A stretch of DNA of 54,265 nt, counting the filler, from Sphacelaria rigidula (Eukaryota): NCBI GenBank assembly GCA_964200075.2. It is 4 parts of 4 records of this genome, joined end to end, with 100 filler letters (N's around TTAATTAATTAA, not from the genome) between each part and the next. Parts side by side here need not be neighbours in the genome. Positions count along the whole stretch, not along the records: positions 40,776 to 54,265 come from CAXNAA020002851.1; 3 more parts are not named here. One strand, 5' to 3'. Below the pieces are notes generated by a model, which was given only the letters and a program-made list of their open reading frames with translations, did no database searches and was not told the DNA's origin. This document shows positions 51,601 through 54,265 of the stretch, piece by piece (within the stretch, counting starts at the first letter, position 1; each line of letters opens with the position of its first letter). The translations under genes were made by a program, and so were the position numbers.

Positions 51601-53349
51601 AACGCCAACTTTTGCAGTTCAGCCGCTGACGGTCGCAAGTCTGGGTCTGGGTTGAGGCACACGCGGATGAACTCCCTCGCGCGCAGGTTTTGAACCCTGT
51701 CTAGCGCCGATGGTAAGATCTGCGAGGTTACCTTCCGGTAAATCTATGTAGCGTAAAAAACAGTATGCAGCGTAGGCGGGGAGGGTTGTTCTCAACATAC
51801 GGAAGGCTGCCATGTTTCGCCCGTGATCTACGGGGGAAACACAGTCATGGTCGTGAACGCACGACAAGAACTGATAGCAATGAATCCCATGCTCTCACGC
51901 TCAAAGCTATTGGGCCGGCTGTAACGTGGCAAATGAGCACGGCAAAAAGGTCAAGTCCTCTTGAAGCTCTACAGGTAGTAGACCAATAACTTCTCTCCGA
52001 TTGGGAGGGACAAAACGATATGCGATCTATGTGATCCTGGCCCAAAACGAGACTGCGCAGGATAATGAAAAATCCCGGCATTTCTCGTTATTGGAGTAAC
52101 ACACAGCGGTGGTTGAGGCTTCTTTCCATGTGGTTACAGAGTGATGCAATGCAGATTCCCTCACGCCTGCGATTATACACGAAGGTACGTATGGCATATG
52201 ATTCCCACGCGTGTTCGGCCACGATTGCGCCTGCTGGCATACCTGTCGGCTGGCGTGTGCCTGCCCTAAAGGACAACTTACATCATGTCCAGAAAAAAAA
52301 AGTTCGGAGAATGAGAAGGGAGAATATGCCCTACTTGATCTTGCTCGGCTTTGTGCATCGTGCATCACGTTGAGTTGGGCTTACGGGTGTGAATCAGGTA
52401 TTTTTCGAAACGTGTACACAGAGATTTGTCGCCAATGCACGTAGACTTCGCTGATTTGTTGCTGGTGTCGAAAAAAACGCGATAAACAAGGACTCTTCCA
52501 AGGGCAGGCCGAGTAGAGTAACTCAATACTCGGTATTTTCCAAAAGTTATACTTCTAGGACTCAAAGTTTGAGTACAGTATTCGAGGTCATACCCAAATG
52601 ATACTCTTTGAGAATTGCTGAGAGTACTAACCCGAAATTTGGGTGGAGTAATTGAGGCCGCATCCAACCTAAAAGTTGAGTAGAGTATTGAGGCAGTACC
52701 CAATCCACCCAAAAATTGAGTGAAGTAAATACTCGGGGTATTTCACCCAACTATGTAAAAGGACATACTCTACTTGACCTGCCCTCGGAACCTTTCCCGA
52801 AATGCAGAAATAATAAACTGCGGCGACCGTTAAGAGTGGAAATTGGCGGAAAGGATAAAAAACGTCTGACCAAAACGAGATGGCATCGATGGATAAAAAT
52901 GTATATGTTGGAACGGCCTTGATGGGTGCTCTCCTTGAACCTTGCACGTGACCTCACAAAAAAATGGAAGTCCCACGCGTGGATCAGCATTTCCACGTTT
53001 CGTCTCTGTACAACGATCCCGATAATCGCAGAATGACGTTGTTCATCACACGGCCAATCCAGCGAATGGGCGAAAATGTCTGTATCTATATTTCCATAAA
53101 ACAAAATGGCTGACATGAAACGAAAAAATAATCCACTGGCGCTTCTAGAATATTAAGTAGGTTGTGTGTCTACGAACTCTCTCGTCTACACCCTACCTGG
53201 GCTGCGTTGACACACTCGCTGTAGGGGCGCTCCTTCGTGACCATTTCCAGCATGCACATCCCGAATGCATAGATATCAACTTTCTCGTTGTAGATTTCCT
53301 CATAAAGCTCTGGGGCCATGAACTCCGGGGTACCCAGCACGCTCATCGT
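45621..53349 (-). CDS. WNK: WNK-family Ser/Thr kinase, 5'-partial (10 exons, ~987 aa seen)
   Basis: Exons: 53197-53349, 51576-51743, 49514-51235, 49132-49275, 48145-48229, 47617-47732, 47016-47102, 46650-46778, 46153-46404, 45621-45728. All are GT-AG and phase-compatible, and the last exon is tentative. [55 protein letters not shown] is the WNK C-lobe signature. CCT/PF2-like motif [26 protein letters not shown]. Charged coiled-coil exons near the C-terminus. Confidence 0.93.
48984..49081. mobile_element. 98-bp piggyBac-type MITE in a WNK intron
   Basis: TCAA|CCCTTAGCCCGCGAGATTAGTCTT ... AAGACTAACCTCGCGGTCTAAGGG|TTAA. CCC...GGG ends with TTAA-like flanks. Confidence 0.8.
52496..52790. mobile_element. 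~295-bp MITE with internal GTAGAGTA/TACCCAA repeats, in a WNK intron
   Basis: TIR TTCCAAGGGCAGGCCGAGTAGAGTA / TACTCTACTTGACCTGCCCTCGGAA (22 of 25 match). Confidence 0.8.
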
Positions 53350-54265
53350 CTGCGAAAAAACCGGTAACATCGTGCGGGATACAGAGGCGATTACTCATCA
53401 GCAACAGTTTGCAAGTTGCGCCCGGCCGCACACATAGCACACCGACTTGATCATGATCCACCGGCCCGTGCAGCAAATTTCAAACAAGTGCTACCAAATA
53501 GGGACAAACCCCGTCACTGAGTGCTGACCGGGAGACGTGAGTGTCTCGCATTGAGGGATCTAGTGGCAGTTCTACCGGGGGCACGCCAATCGACCCACAG
53601 CATGACCAAAAAAACCGTGTACTTGTCATGACGTTCGTGAAGAGGAGAAATGCCGCACGCCAGCAAGTATCAGCACTTTCAACATGACTTTCGACGCCTA
53701 ATGTACTGTACTGTGAGATACCGGGCTCTGTCGGGCGCGACCTGTGTGTTTTCAATGAATCAAGTTCTACATTGGTATATTGTAGTCAATTGCAGGATTG
53801 TATGTATGCAGGTTGATTGACGCAGCTGTCAGGAGCGAGGAGCAGTCACGAGCCGCGAGGGCGCAGCAAGAGTAAAACTGTTGGTCCCCGGCTGGGGAGG
53901 GAGCCTCGCTGAAAGCAATGCTGGAGGCAGAACAAAGAAGCGATATGAATTCGTTCACCTTGCAAGACAGATCTAGCATGCTTCTGTAGCAGATGTCAAC
54001 AGCTGTATACAACAATTGTGGAATTGATCCAAATCGATCATCACGTGACCTCAGAAGACGCAGCTACACGAAACACTTCCAACACCGATGATTCGTTCAA
54101 AACAACGTCACGTGATTGAATGAGCGTATTCTATTCGTTTCGGTTTCAACATCGGGTTAGCCTGAGGGGGGGGGGGGGGGGGGGCGTACTCATTTGTTGC
54201 TTTCCTTGTTCATTTGACCATTGACCCCGCATCCCTTTCGGGACGGGGCAAAAAAACGTCACGTG

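Noticed and set aside
13693..53349. Anoctamin chloride channel and chloride-sensing WNK kinase as a linked ion-homeostasis cluster
   Set aside because: They lie on different contigs joined by artificial spacers, so co-occurrence is uninformative.

Overview
This is eukaryotic, intron-rich DNA of about 50% GC, most consistent with a brown alga (Phaeophyceae; inferred from intron style and repeat content, not from a marker gene). The window is not one locus. It is four contigs of near-identical length (13493, 13492, 13490, 13490 bp) joined by artificial 100-bp N/TTAATTAATTAA spacers. Contig 1 holds a decayed chromodomain-bearing Ty3/Gypsy LTR retrotransposon whose 5' LTR is truncated against a TIR element, preceded by about 6 kb of unidentified, stop-poor, intronless relic frames. 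Contig 2 holds two spliceable exons of an anoctamin/TMEM16 gene that the ORF track misses, a Gly/Glu-rich orphan exon, a duplicated 45-nt mini-exon-like unit and nested MITEs. Contig 3 holds a 9-exon gene (about 846 aa) combining a CUB-like ESxHPY domain with ankyrin repeats, plus twin perfect 78-bp palindromes. Contig 4 holds the 3' ten exons of a WNK-family kinase with a very long disordered exon, a CCT/PF2-like domain and a C-terminal coiled coil. No CRISPR array, rRNA or tRNA was seen, and I cannot support a claim of a new multi-gene system. The best leads are the CUB-ankyrin protein, the WNK architecture, the orphan anoctamin exons and the relic coding block.
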